64,000 bases of DNA, from positions 60,762,001 through 60,826,000 of the forward strand of contig NC_058382.1 of the NCBI RefSeq assembly GCF_018350175.1, in the 5' to 3' direction. A program made the position numbers and the translations under genes. Source of the stretch: Felis catus (lineage: Eukaryota). Numbering within the stretch: position 1 is the stretch's first letter; each line of letters begins with the position of its first letter. This document shows, in pieces, positions 35,301 to 48,239 of this stretch. The notes under the pieces were generated by a model. It did no database searches. It worked only from the letters and a program-made list of their open reading frames with translations, and was not told the origin of the DNA.

Positions 35301-38300
35301 GGTAACGGGTCGCATGGTCAAACCTATCTGGGAAGCGTTTCACCTTTGCTCTCTCTGGGGGGTTTGTGATCCTCACCGTGGAGTAAAGGCCCTGAGAAGT
35401 ACGGCAATGGAGCAGCTGGCCCAGTGGGGTTTAGAACTAGGCGTGTCCCGTTTCTGCGTGCACATGCCTCACCCAGCGCCTTGTCAAGATGCAGGTTCTG
35501 AATCAGGGGCTCTGGGCCGGGGCCCAGGAACCTGCCCTGCTCACAAGCAATGTTTCTGGCCCAACAGCATCTCTTCCCCGGTCCACCGTTTAGCTCCTGA
35601 GACCGACCACAGGACCCTTGTTTATCTGACACCCACTCATCCACGCCACCCCCCACACCTCCAACTGCGCTCGGTCCCTCTCCCTCACTCTGTTCCAGCC
35701 ACGGCCTGCTCCCTGATGCTCACGAGGGTCTGCGCCCCGCTCACCCACGGCTTCCCCACCTCGTCCCTCTCAGCCTGCACCAGAACCGCCCCCACCTCCA
35801 CAGATCTGTACCAGCGTCGGCTGCTGGACTTTCCTCCCGCCAGCACATCGGTTCCAGGACTCTGCCTGCTTTGCTCACCACCGTGTCCCCAAGCCTCACG
35901 CAGCACGTGGCACCTCGGAGGTGCTCAAAACAGAGCTGTCGAGCGGATGAGTGCACGTGACGCGACGCGGGGCTGGTCTGGCGGGCTCTTAGAGCACTGG
36001 GTCTGGCAGCCCCTCCTCCGACCTGGCAGCTGGTTTGCGGCCTTTAACTAGTAGGAACCGGCCCTGGCCGGTCGGCGCGGTTCCCGCGGGGTACCCGCCA
36101 GGGTCCCGTGTGGGCAGAGGGTGGTGCCCTATCAGAGCGGGGCAGGGAACAGATCTGGGACTCCGTGGCGGGCCCAGGGACCGGCCTGTGCTCACCTTTA
36201 GGAAGGGGATGACGAACGGACGCAGAGGGAAGTTGGTGGCCTCTTGGAGCTTGGAATGGAACTCCTCGATGGTCAGCGTGGAGTTCTGAGGGAGGAGACA
36301 ACCTCACATCGGCCTGAGCCCCGTGGCTGGCCCGGGGGGGGGGGCCCGCACCCCTCTGCCGCGCCCTCGCCCCCCCCCCCCCACGCCGACTCACCACGAG
36401 CCCCAGCACCAGCGTGCGCACGCGCTCCCCGATCTCCGGGGAGATGTCACTGCCGAACTGCTGCAGGGTGGTGAGGAAGCGTTTCAGCTTGCTGAGCTGC
36501 CGCGCCCCGCAGGCCGGGGGCAGGTGCTGCGTGGACAGGGAGGCGGTGGACGAGGTGGCCGGGCCATTGCTGAAGCCACTGGGTGTGGACGGCGCACCGT
36601 TGACGGCCGTCGGCGAGTGGGTGCCGTTCATTACTGCGGGAAGGAGAGGCGGGCTGAGGATGGCAGCAGGGGGCGGCCGGGTGCTGCAGCCACGCCGGTG
36701 CCACGGGGGCACCGGACACCCTGTACAGGTGTGCACGCGGGGCCCCGGGTCAGCGGCTGGGGGGCTGGGCCGGAGTGTGGCCACGAGGCAGGCGTGGCCT
36801 TGGCTCAGCACCACCTCTGGCTTCACTCTGGGGTGGGGACACCACCCCGGGACCCCTGTGCTGCCCGGCCCGTGTCCACTGTGAACCGGCAGGGGGGGCT
36901 TCTCCACCGCTAGGGACCTGCCGGCCCCTTCCCCTTTTGCCCTGGAAGGCGGGGACCCTCACCTTCACCACGACGGGCCCGAGCGGCGCCCCACTGCCTA
37001 CGTGAGGCCCCCGTGCCTGGGCCGATAGGGCTGGGGGTGGACCCCTGGGACACGGGGGTTGGATCCCAGCAGGGGACGCTCTCGGCTGGCTGCTGTGTGG
37101 GGCTGCTGCACGCACGGGGCCGTGTGTGGAAGACGAGCAGGTGACATGAGCCCCTCCCCCCCCCCGCCGTGATGAGTGCCCTGCAGGGGTCACCGGAGCG
37201 GACCATCGGTCACCAGTGCCCTGACACGGGGGTCAGCGTCCCACCACCCACAATGTCCTGGGACAAGACGTCCCTCCTCAGTTTCAAGTGACGGAGGGAA
37301 AGGCTGAGCCCGCACCCAGTCCCCCGGCCTCGGGAGCCCGAGCCTTGCTGACCAGAGAGGTCACAGACGGTGGACCACCAGGGCCCTGGTGACAGCAGAG
37401 GGGGCTCTGGATGCGGGAAGCGGTGCTGGCACTTCTGGGAGCCCCGAGGCTTATCTGATCAACCCGGAGACCGCTCAGCCAGCTGCCCAGACACCTGCTC
37501 CAGGTACCTCCCCAAGTTCACACACGGAGCCCCTCCCTGCGCACTCGCCGGCCTGCCCCCTCTGCACGTGCATGCACGCCCCACGTGATGGTCTGAACCC
37601 CCCTCCCCACACATGCCTTCCACCCCCCACCGCTGCTCCCTGCCTCAGCATCCCTGCACACACTCCCATGCACACACACGGCATACACACATGAACACAC
37701 ACGTGTGCACACGCACCACACACACGCATGTACTCTCGGACACATGCATACACACAGATAAACATTCACACACGAGCACACACAGATGTACATGCACATT
37801 TGCACACACGCATATTCACACATGCACGTTCGTGCACACACACGCGCAGACACACACATACTTGCACACATACGCACACGCACACATGCACATGTGCACA
37901 CATGCACATTCGCACACACAGATGCACACAGGCGCGCACACATTTACACACCGCATGTGCACATTCACACACACTTGCACACATAGACGCACGCTTCCAC
38001 ACACATTTGTACATGCACGTGGACACCTGCGCACACGCACATTTGCACACACACAGGCACATTCACACACAGACGCACACTCGCGCACACGCCTCTCTCG
38101 CTGTGGTCCACGAGGCCCATGCCCTGCCCCTCCCACCCTGTCCAGCTGATCTGTGCACAGAGGCCGTGCTCTCATGCCCCACTGGGGAGTCTGGGGAGGT
38201 GGGGAGCTCAGGAAGGGACTTTCCTGAGGCTCCGGCCACCTCCATGCTGGCTGAGACCTGGCAGCCTGGGGGGACGGGGACGGGGAGTGGGGGCTCCTTT

Positions 38301-41300
38301 CTTCGGGACGGGGATGCGGCCAAGGTCAGCTCTGAGAAGCGGCTCCCCGTCAACAGCCCAGAGTGCCACTCACGCCGCTCACTTTGAACGGAGGGGTGTT
38401 GGCTCACCCCTCCAGACCACGCCTGCCCTGCCTGTCCTGACGGGGCCCTGGGAAGTGACCTCTGCAGACTCTTGGCTCACCCAGCCTGGAGGGGCAGGCA
38501 CGTGGGTCCCCCTCCCTGGGCCCCGGCCCTCCACAGCCATGGCTGTCCTGGGGCCTGGACACCCCCTCTACGTGCCCTGCAGGCCTCCGGCCCTGGGGCT
38601 GCACTGTCCCCTCTGGGCTACAGAACTGGCCGGTCCCTCCTCGCCAGAGCCCTTCGGCAAATGCCCTCTCTTAACCCTGAGTCTGCTGTCTGGCTGGCTT
38701 TGCTCTCCGCTCTCCCCAGACACTTTCCACACCTCCAGCTTCGATGACAGGCTCCCCCCATCCACTGACCTGCTCCCCAGTGACACCTGCAAATGCCCCT
38801 CCCTGACTCGCTGAGCTGCACGGTTCTGCCCTCACAGGCATGAGAAGCCACCCTGGCTGGGAGAGGGCATCCCGCCTGGGGCCTCACGTCTGCCTGGACC
38901 AGCCCAGGGGGGTGAGACTAGGGGCCTGGCCTCAGTTTCTTCATTTGCAAACAGCCCCTTGGCCTGAACCAGAGGTGGGGCTTTGGGGCCGGAGGGCTGG
39001 TGCCTGGCACCCTGCTGGATTACAGAAAGTTGTTAACCTTCTACCACGGGGAGGGGCTGAAATGCTTGACCCCCGATTGCTTTTGTGTGTCGGGTGGTTG
39101 CTCGTCGAGAGCAGAGGCTTGGAAACCACTGACCGAAGGCGAGCGTTGGCACGAGGACATGTGTCAGGCCTCCTGTCCCGAGGGGGGACGGGCTGCAGGA
39201 ACATGGCCCCAAGTCCGACTCCGCTGTCCCCTCCCCGGGAGACATGACACAGCGGGAGCCCGTCTGGCCCCCGGTCTGAACGATCTCGGAAGCAACGCTC
39301 CAGGGCCCGGAAGCCACACACGGTTCTGGAGGCTCCCGCAGAGGCGGTCACTGATTCTGGGTGGCCCTCGCCCTGCGATGGACAGCGGACGCCAAACACA
39401 GCCCACCGAGCGTCCCCATCCCTCACCCTCTGCGAGGTGTCGTCGAGAGGGACCCTCAGAGAGCCCGGGAGGCCCCGCCGTGGCGCTAAGTTCCTCTCTC
39501 ACTGGTGAGCTGCAGCCGGCCCCGCGGGGGACAGTGACACACACACGCCCTGGGCAAGACGGACGACGGCCACTGGCCATCGCCCCGGCCGGGCCAGGAG
39601 GCGGCCGGCTGCCACGGGAGACCTCACCACAGCAGGGGCTCGTCCCTCGCGGCAGAGCAGGGCCGTTGCCCGGGGTCTGGGTCTTCTAGAGGCTCCTAAG
39701 AGGTGCGGCTGTCTACACCTCCCGGGCCCCCACCCGGCGTCCGCGGGCCCAGCCCGGGCCTGACCTCTCTGCGGTTTTCTTACCAGCTTGCCCTCGGCGC
39801 CTGGGTCCTCCCGGCGGCCCGCTCACCCTCGCTCGCCCGTGTTCCCTCCCGCGGGCTGCCGGGCAGTCTCAGCAACTTGCTAAAGAGACGCCGAAAATAA
39901 CCCCCGGCCACAAGTGCTTTCAGTGCCACAACAGCTGTGTTACTAACTTAGACCGCACACGTGTCCCCAGCTGAGGTTTGGGGGCACACACAAGCACCCC
40001 TGCGGCTCCCGCGGCCCTGCGCCCTGGGCGGGGGTCGTGCCGGGACGCGGAGCCCGCCAGCCCCTCTCCCCGGGGGTGTGGATCACGCGCCCCGGCAGCG
40101 CTGAGGCTCAGGGGACACGCTGGCCACCAGGGCCGGGCCGGGCGCGTCCCGCCACGGCAGCTAAGACGACAGCCTTGCGGGCCGTGAATAACGCACCCGG
40201 ACGTCCCGCCGCCTCTTGCTCAGAGCCTGCGGGCTGCCGCCGCCGTAAAGTCGGGCCTGTCCCGACTGCAGCCACTCGCTGACAAATTCTGAGCGTGGCC
40301 CTCGAGTGCTTCCGGTCACGGGTGTCACCTGCGGCCGGAGACCCTGACAGAATGTCTGCTGGCCACCGAGCGCCCGGCGTGTTCGGGCCCCGTGTGAGCC
40401 CAGCAGCCCCTCGTGGCTCCGTGCAATTGCCCTTGGCGCTAGGTGCTGGGATGACAGATGGGACCGTGTCACAGGTGGGGAAACTGAGGCACAGGTGGTA
40501 GTCCCTGCTCGGGTCACCCTGTCAGGAGAGGTGGGGGCCGGGGCCTGCCCTTGAGACGGCCGAGCTACTGACATGCTGTTGACATGTGACCTTCTCACAA
40601 CGCTGGGCTCTGCCTAATTCACCCTATTTTGTGGCTGCGGAAAAGGGAGCTCAGAGAGGCCGCCCGCCTGCCCGAGGCCACACAGCTCGTGAGGACAGGG
40701 CTGGCTGTGAACTCGGGTCTGCACCCTGCTCTCCTGTGCCGGCCCCCGGGCCCCTCTTCTCTGTGAGGGAGGCGGGACTGACGGACACAGCAGACGCAGT
40801 AAGGGGGCGTGTAGGCAGCGGGGTGAACCGCCGTGGCCTTCCCAGGGCAGAGGGTGCCGGGGTGAGGACCTCCCGGAGGCCAAGGTTTTTGTTATTTTAC
40901 TTACAAAGACAGACCATAGACCATTTTAAGCAGCCATGAAAGCGGCCGTGGGGCAGGGACATCGTGGGCCCGTCCTCTCGATCTGTAAGCAAAATAGGAA
41001 AAACACGCTGTCAGGAAAGCGCGGGCGGGTGGGCAGGGCTGCCCCGAGGGGCGCCCACGGTCGGCCCCTCCCCCTCTGCCTCTTGACAGCAGTTTTGGGG
41101 ATCGGGACTCAGTCACCATCTCTGGGCCTCAGTTTCCTCCACCGTAAAGCAACGGGGTTGTTTGGGCGGGGGGGGGGGGGTCTCCTAGCGTCACTTCCAG
41201 AAGGACCTTCTAGAGGTCTACAAGAATTCTGGGGTCTCCATCGACATGGGTGGGACACCCTGGTTCCTAAAAAGCTCTCTTCCTGGAAGGTGCCTGGTAA

Positions 41301-44023
41301 CCCCACTTGGCACCGTGTTCAAGGGACCTGAGCGCGCGCGCATAGGGCTTGAAGTCTCCATGGACAGACAGGCCAGTGGTGGTTCCAAAACAAAGCCCGG
41401 GACTGAGCCACCCCGAAGGGAGGAGGCACCAAACAGGAAGAGATCTGAGCTGAAATTAGTAGGTGGAAGCTGTAAGAAGACAGGCTGTACCCAGACACAG
41501 AGTGAGCCCCCCGTCACCGGGGGTGATCGAGGACAGGATGGGCCTTTGAGGGTCCTCCCAGCTGCAGAGTAGCCGCTCGCATTCCTTCCCAGAGTCATCT
41601 CAGCCACCCTGACCACCTCCAGAGTTCAACCCCCAAATGAATCTGTGCCCAGGGCGGTCATCAAGGAAAACCACAGGCCGCAAGCCACGGTTCACGGCCA
41701 GTCTCCGGCTGGCTTGGCTCACGGGCTGGTCCTGGGGAAGCCGGGGGATCTCGGGGCAGGAATCCGTGGCTGAGCTCAGAGGCTCCGTCCCCACCAGGCA
41801 GGCGCACGATGCAGCTACCCACCTGCTCTCAGGGATTTGCATGTGTTAGGGAACAACTCTGAGGCCCCCCGAGGAGGCCAGAGACCCAGAAGCCCGACAA
41901 CAATAACGTGCCAGCTTAGAAAACAACGAACCACTGGTCTCTGGTAACCTCCGGGCCCTAGATGAAGCCGGGACCTCCACTCCAGAAACGTGAGCCGGCG
42001 GTGCCCTTGGGGGAGGACAGAAAGGCCTCGGGCGAGCCCCTGAGCCACTCGCAGGCCCCAGCCCTGTCCCTGACCTGGAACATCTTGTTCCCAGACCCGT
42101 GCTTTCGGGAACATGGGTCCTGAACCAAGAAGGAAAGCAGGACGTGCCCTTGACGCTCGGGCGACCGGCTCAGAGCCCTGGGTCCGACCGGCAAACGGCC
42201 CGCTGACCTCTCTGGCTTGGATCCCGACCCTGGAGGCTGGGGTGGGCATTTCGGGCGGACGGCCCGGCGGTCTTGTTTCTTGCAAGCCGCTGGCGGGGCG
42301 GTTACGTGCAGCGGGAGCCTCTCCTCGAGGCGACGGGGGTCAGGTAGACAGCTGGCCGGTGGCTGCGTGAGAGGAAGCCCGGCCGGGCCCCGGCCACCAC
42401 GGCCGCCGCAGGCAGACCCCCAGGCCTGGGCGCCGCGGGCCGCCAGTGCGCAGCGCTGCCCCTCCCCCCCGCCCCCCCTGCCCGGGCAGGGGTGGGGGCC
42501 AGGGTTCATTTCAGTCTCCACCACTCATGGGGACCCTGGCTCAGACTTGTCCCCGTAGGAAGATGAGCTGGAACCTTCCGTGCCAAGGGAAGGTACAGCT
42601 CCTGTGTGAGCTGGGCTGTCCCCGCCCCGAGGCGGCACACCTGGGGCCCGTGCTATCGCTCCACCTGCCAGACCACAGGTGGAGACCTTGGAGAGGTCAG
42701 GAGACTGGCTCAAAGCCCTCATCCTACAAACAAGCGGCCAGGCCCGGCCCTGAACTTGCCTTTCCCGACTCCACGGCCAGCACCCTTCTCCAGATGCAGG
42801 CTGGGCCACTGCCAAGCCCTACAGAACCCGGCTGCCTGGCCTCAAATGGCGGCACCAGTACCGTTCACGACCAGGGATAAAAGGAGCTGGGCCAGTCCCT
42901 GCGGTCTGTCCTGGGCTCTGGGTGGGCAGGAGGGTGGCCCGAGGTCCCGGAGAAGCGGCTCTTGCGATCACGCCGGGGCACTGGAAGCTCCCTTCCTAGA
43001 GACGGGCTTCCCTTGGGTTTCTAAGTCTGGCAAAGCGTCCCCAGGCCTGGGGCTTTCTGGCCTCTGAATACAGGGGATCGGTTGGCATGTGTGGATTCTC
43101 TCCGCTGCCGGCACACTGCTAAGCCCCGGTCCCGGGGGCAGGAACGCTGAGCTCCCCCCGGCCCACGCCTGGGGTCTCCTTCCCAAATGCACGGGACCCC
43201 GAGGTCACAGTCACCCATTTTCTCACAAGGGAACAGGTCTCCGGTGGGGCGCGTGCACTGAGGAAGCCCCCCCGGAGACGCCGTGTGCGCTGAGACGCTC
43301 GGCCCGGATCAGCCCGGGCCGGGGACACACGGCCCGAAGGTCGAGTCTGCCCACCGCAGCCCTGCGGCCGAGGCTCCGGCTGACCCCGGGTCCCGGCCAC
43401 CCTCACGCCCCGCTGCAGCCAGGCTGCGGAACCCCTGGCATCTGAGCCCAGGGCCACCTCTGACGAGCCCTCGAGTAAGGTGCTGTGTGACGGTAGGGAC
43501 CCCCCCCCCCCCGTCCCTCTCTGAGCTCTAAGCAGAACGGCCAACTTTGCTAAAACACTCACGATGTGCCGGCCGCTCGGTAAGAGCCTGTATCAACTCC
43601 CTTGTCCTCACAGCAGCTCCGTGACTCGGAGACTATGGCCAGCCCCGCTTTATGGATGGGGAACACCGGGTCCAGAGAGGCTAAGCAGCTCGCCCGAGGC
43701 CACACAGCCACCAAGTAGATGAGCTAGGATTTGAACCTCCAAGCGCAGGCTGTGAGCCACGGTGAGCTCCTCCCTCTCGAGGGCCCGACGGCGGGCGTTT
43801 GCGGTTCTGGGCAGAGGGCCCGCGGCACGGGCCTCGGGTCACGGCGGCGCTGGGAGCCCCCAACAGCTCTGCACGGCCGGTGCCCCGTGGGCTTTTACTC
43901 ACTTGTGTGCGGCGTGAAGGAGGGGAGCCGAGTGGCCCCCTGGGACGCGGCAGGCGGCGGGGGCGGCATGCTGGGAGGCGTGGAGCGGGGCTGACTCTTC
44001 ACCTCCGCGGGAGAGTCGGGCAT
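22203..44023 (-). CDS. CBFA2T3: CBFA2/RUNX1 partner transcriptional co-repressor 3 (MTG16/ETO2): join(44023-43903,[40982-40905 cassette],36633-36395,36285-36196,31991-31810,31171-30945,27945-27860,27268-27070,26600-26532,25265-25075,22502-22203)
   Basis: Joins in frame to 567 aa from MPDSPAEVK (593 aa with the cassette). Contains NHR1/TAFH ([16 protein letters not shown]), NHR2 ([11 protein letters not shown]), NHR3 ([12 protein letters not shown]) and the MYND finger ([15 protein letters not shown]). Exon 1 is not in the window. Confidence 0.97.
22617..23845. repeat. Minisatellite, 22-bp unit (e.g. ggggacgtggccacggcatcat), roughly 55 copies, 66-bp higher-order trimer
   Basis: Cycling variants ggggatgcggccatggagtcat / ggggacgtggccacggcatcat / ggagacctggccacggggtcac, in the last intron of CBFA2T3. 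Confidence 0.97.
25075..25265 (-). CDS. CBFA2T3: CBFA2T3 exon 11 (NHR3)
   Basis: [19 protein letters not shown]...INQQEDSSE|gtagg. Confidence 0.96.
26339..26368. repeat. (GT)15 microsatellite
   Basis: Perfect GT run. Confidence 0.95.
26532..26600 (-). CDS. CBFA2T3: CBFA2T3 exon 10
   Basis: tgtttcag|(D)[23 protein letters not shown]|gtgagt. Confidence 0.95.
27070..27268 (-). CDS. CBFA2T3: CBFA2T3 exon 9 (end of NHR2)
   Basis: [39 protein letters not shown]...SQL G|gtgcgt. Confidence 0.96.
27860..27945 (-). CDS. CBFA2T3: CBFA2T3 exon 8 (start of NHR2)
   Basis: [28 protein letters not shown]|gtgagt. Confidence 0.96.
27985..28235. repeat. Short degenerate tandem repeat (ccaggctccgccctgtgccc-like)
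   Basis: Several copies of caggctcc(g/a/t)ccc(t/c)(g/a)tgccc next to the exon 8 acceptor. Confidence 0.7.
30945..31171 (-). CDS. CBFA2T3: CBFA2T3 exon 7
   Basis: [13 protein letters not shown]...[16 protein letters not shown]...RHRQL G|gtgag. Confidence 0.95.
31810..31991 (-). CDS. CBFA2T3: CBFA2T3 exon 6
   Basis: [19 protein letters not shown]...NGKRRTPD R|gtacac. Confidence 0.95.
36196..36285 (-). CDS. CBFA2T3: CBFA2T3 exon 5
   Basis: [30 protein letters not shown]|gtgag. Confidence 0.96.
36395..36633 (-). CDS. CBFA2T3: CBFA2T3 exon 4
   Basis: [12 protein letters not shown]...[10 protein letters not shown]|gtgagt. Confidence 0.96.
37655..38090. repeat. Degenerate (CA)n-rich tract
   Basis: About 430 bp of cacaca/cacatg/cacgca. 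Confidence 0.92.
40905..40982 (-). CDS. CBFA2T3: CBFA2T3 alternative (cassette) exon 3, 78 nt
   Basis: ttttgcttacag|AT CGA GAG GAC...[26 protein letters not shown]|gtaagt; symmetric phase 1-1. Confidence 0.88.
43590..43750 (-). mobile_element. MIR remnant (similar fragments near 29140, 46230, 50930, 54260, 59270)
   Basis: ccccgctttatggatggggaacac...cagagaggctaagcagctcgcccgaggccacacagc...ggatttgaacc core. Confidence 0.7.
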
Positions 44024-44049
44024 CGCTGCTGTCTTGTCCTTCCCGTCCA
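43903..44049 (-). CDS. CBFA2T3: CBFA2T3 exon 2 (short-isoform ATG at 44023)
   Basis: Pyrimidine tract, then cag|TG GAC GGG...[41 protein letters not shown]|gtgagt. Confidence 0.9.
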
Positions 44050-44469
44050 CTGCGGAGGGGCCACCGGGGCCACGGGGGGGGGGGGGAGAAGAAGAGAGAC
44101 GCGGTGAGGCAGGTTGAGGGGAGGGGAGGAAGCCGCGCGGGGGTTGGGCCGACGCCGCCGGGGGTCCGGGCGGACCCCCAGGCGATCGCCAGGCGGCTCC
44201 CGGTCCTGCCCACAGAGCCGGGCCCGACTCCAGGGCGCAGATGAGCCCCAGCCGTGTTCTCAGGTGGCCGATATCCCGCCCACCTGGGATCAGAGGTCAG
44301 GCTCGGGTCAGCCCACTTCAGGGGGGCTGGAGGGTGTGACGGGGAGAATCCCGGGTCAGCCGGAATGGGGCCGGGGTCCTCACTGGGGAGCTGGGGTCTA
44401 CTGCCCCGCGGCCCGGGGGGTTTTGCGTCACCCGCCCCCCTCCCGCCCCCACCGGGCAGCCGCGCGCAT

Positions 44470-44600
44470 CTCCTGGAGGGCGTCCGTCCCCATTTCTGAT
44501 GCGGCAGGTCTGGGGAAAAGCCCACGAATCTGCATTTCTAACAAGGTCCCAGGTGGGGGCTGCTGCAGGTGCGCGGGGCCCCTGGAAACCGTGGGAGCCC
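44470..44600. mobile_element. MER5A-like hAT DNA transposon remnant
   Basis: tttctgat..gcaggtctgggg...gcccacgaatctgcatttctaacaaggtcccaggtg motif. Confidence 0.7.
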
Positions 44601-47600
44601 CATCAGCTCTCAGATGTGAAAAGTCTCGTGTGGAGGGGTCTCCCCAGGAAGGTCTGGGAGGCTGACCCCGTGGGGTGGAAAACCCCTCCGATACCATCTG
44701 CGGGCCTGGGTAGTTCCTGGGCCCGGCAGGCCAAGGGCACGGCCAACGTCAGGCTGTTCTAGGCCTGGCCGCTCAACGTGGGGGCCCCACACCAGTGGGC
44801 TGGGTGCCCCCGGACACTGTTGAGATTGCCACGTGCAGCTCTGCTGAGGATCAGGTGCAGATGCTGCGAAACCGAGGCCCTGCCTCCCCCCCCACCCCGG
44901 TCTGCCTTAACTCAGGTCAGCCAGTGCCTGGGCAGGTCAAAGAAGCTCGGAGCGGTGGCTGGGAGTCGGGGTGGCCCAGCCGCTCAAGGCCATCCGGGCT
45001 GGCATCCTCTACCTGCTCCCGGGGCACAGCCCACGCTGCCCCAGCCGCTGCCCCGAGCTCACCCTGCTGACACCGAGGGGGTCTCGCCCGGGGCCGGGGC
45101 TCCGCACCTGCGGGCCATCTGTGCGTCGCTGCGTCTCGTGTCTCCTCTCCCAGGGGCCCCGCGGGACCAGGACCCACAGATGCACGCACGCGTCCGGGGA
45201 CAGCCAGCCTCCGGGGACGGAGATCAACAACGCCGACGACGGCACTCACTGCCGTCTTGGGCACGGCCCCGTCCCCACCCCCCCTTCACAGAGCCGAGAT
45301 GCCCGTGGCCCTCAGCGCCCGTGGGGCCGTGACAGCCCTCTGCCCCGGGGCCCCGGGCCCCGACACTGACGAGGGCCCCTCCCCGCCGGGCCCCACGGGG
45401 CAGGGAGGCAATCGGTCAGCAGCAGCCGCCCCGGCCACGCGCACCTGCTGTCCACTCAGCTGCAGCCGCTGGCCTCCCTCCCGCCGGGCGCCCTGCCCCC
45501 TGTGCCCGCTGTCAGGGAGCTGACGGCCGCGCACACGTGCGCTGCAGCTGTGGGGGCCCGTCAACGCCGCCTGGCCGCGGGGCCGGCGGCCAGTCCCTGG
45601 TGACAACCAAAGAAGGCAAATGCAGCGGCCACCACGGGCCCCGGGCCACCCTGCGGGGTGCAGACCCGGCCCCCCCCCCACCGTCTGACATGTCACCCGG
45701 GGCGGGGCCTGGGGGGGGGTTCGGATGCCAGGCTGGGACACGGGGGACGCGCGGCCTGTTCCCACTCTCCAAAGCCCTTCCACGCCGGGGGCTTCATTTC
45801 GGCTTTGCCCACAGGAGAGGGCGGAGGGAACCCACCAGAGCCGCCCGCCCGCCTGCCCCTCACACGGCACCTGTTTATTACGAGCCGGGCCCTCAGGGGC
45901 TACCGTGGGTGCCAGGGGCCAGCACACCGGGTCACGTGGAGTCTCCCCCGCCTGTGAGCACCTGGCTCATGGCCACACTCATCCCACGGACGCACATCAC
46001 GGAGGACACACGCGAGCGCCCACGGCTTGCTCTCTGCCCCGGAGCCCGGGAGGCGGGGGGCAGGGGGCGGCTGCCGGGGCTCCGATTCACGGGCACAGAG
46101 ACGTGCGGCGTCTGCCGAGGGCACACGGCGAGCGGGCTCGGTGTCACCACCACGCATCCTTCCAGAAGAGGCCGCAGGGGCGGGGGTGACAAGCACAGGG
46201 GCCTCGTGAGTCTCGCGAAGCTGGTTTGAGTCCCGGCTCTACTGCTCCCTGGCTGTGTGACCTGGGGCAAGCCCCTGCACCCCTCTGAGTCTCTCTGCTC
46301 CTCTACAGGCGGGGTAGCGGTCCGCGCACACGAGCGCTCGATGAAATTCGGCAAAGGGCTGTGGAACAGCTGGTGAGCCAGGAGCCTGGTCTTCCTCTGA
46401 GGAAGGGCCCAGAACCGCGGCTTGTGTGACTTCCCACAGCCCTCAGCGGCTCTTCTCGTCTCCACTTTCCGGTGGGGAAGCCAAGGCACAGAGAGGCCAA
46501 GTGACCTGCTCAGCTCACACGGCAGAGTAGTGGCCCGGGTATGCCCCGGCAGCTCATCTACCCGGCTGTAACCCGCGGTCCCTCCCTCTTCTGGCTGCCC
46601 GTCCACCACCCCACGGGGGCTCTCTTCGTGGCGGCTCCCACCTTGCATGCTGGGGGGCCGGGGGGCCGGGGACCCGGTGCGGGTCTGGAAGCGCACGAGT
46701 CGGCTCACGCCTGGGCGTCCCAGCGAGCGGAAGAGCCGAAGGCACAGCGAGCGGAGGCGCTGTGGCCCCCACCCCCAGCCTTGCCTCCCCCCCACCCCCC
46801 TTGAGAACATTCCCAGACCTCAGCCCGCACGCCACAGGCCCATGGGAGACCCTGTGTCTTTCCCAGACAGCGTATCCAGTCCCCGGCTGAATGTCTCTAA
46901 TCCGTCCGCAGAGGAAGCAGCTCTCCGAGGCCGGGCGGAGCCGGTGGGAAAGAACATGGAATGTGCCGGAACAAGCCACCCCATCCATCACTGTCCCTGT
47001 CCGGCTGTGGTTCCCAGCCCGCCGGCCTGGCTGAGAACTGGCCACAACCCAGAGCTCCCAGCACTGGGTTCTAGAACCTTCCTCTGCCTGCCTCAAGTCT
47101 GTATTGCTGCCAGAAGTAATAAGCCCCTGCTTTGATCATTTGGGTCTGATTTCTGCTGGTACCTCACCTGACCCTTACAAAGGTCATGAGAAACTAGGAA
47201 GGTGGGCAGGTAGCCTGCCTCAGGGCCTTTGCACCAGCAGGGACCGGTGTTGACAGGTAGGTAACAAAGCCATGGTGATAAAGTCCTGAGTGCACGCTGG
47301 GCCTTGACCTGGGCACTTCACACGAATCACCTCAGCTCACCCCACAATAAGCATATGAGGTAGGCAGGTGAGGAAACCCGGTAGAGGGAGGGGAAGCTGG
47401 CCGCAAACCCAGGCCGTCTGGCCCCAGAAACCAGTCTGTCCGTGGAGTCCTGGGACGTGCCCCCTGTCAGGACCAGGCAGGCCCGGCTTCAGGGCCCTGC
47501 CATCCCAGGATGCGGCCGCAGCCCAGGCCCCTCTCCTGGAACTGATGTGCGGGCTGGAGGTGGGGGGGGCCACAAAGGTTCTGAGCCCCTCTCGAGTTCC

Positions 47601-48239
47601 CAGAATGACACAGAGGCCAGCCTCACAAGTAGCAGAGCAGAAGCCTCTGCAGGGCTCCGGAAGCTCGGTGCAGGCCCCTCACCCCCTCTACAGAGGGCAG
47701 AACCCGGGCGTGCGGCAAGGACTCTGGGCACGCTGCCCCCCAGCCGCAGTGTCCACATCTGTACGTAGGGGTGTGGGACGAGTGCTAAGAATGCGCCGCG
47801 ATCTCGGTGGCTCTGGTGGTGCCGAGGCCAAAGGGAAACCCACGTTTGCAACCGGTGCCTAGTTCCCCTTCCGTCACTCAAGCCCCCCGCCAAGGTCGTC
47901 CGGTCAAGACTAGCCTCACAGTGTGCTCCACGACCCGGTGAGGACCTGTCCTCACTGTCCCCAAAAGGTGAGGGCTCCACAGGGCAGGTGAGGGGCAGAG
48001 CCGGGGGCCGGACCTGTCCCTGAATTCCCACCTTCTGCCCCTGGCCCGACAGCAGGCAATATTCTAAAACTCCAGCCAACGTAAACCCATACGCCTGCCT
48101 TTCTTGAGAACCACAGGGCCAAGATGTGTTCCCCAAGATTGTACAAAGTGGCTTCCCTGCCCCTCAGCCAGCACCCCGAGAGCGCCCACGGGCTCCTTCG
48201 TGCCTGGCCCGGCCCTTCTCCACCCTCATCTCCCACACC

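Noticed and set aside
37475..38387. His/Thr- and Cys/Val-rich ORFs
   Set aside because: Translation of a degenerate CA repeat.
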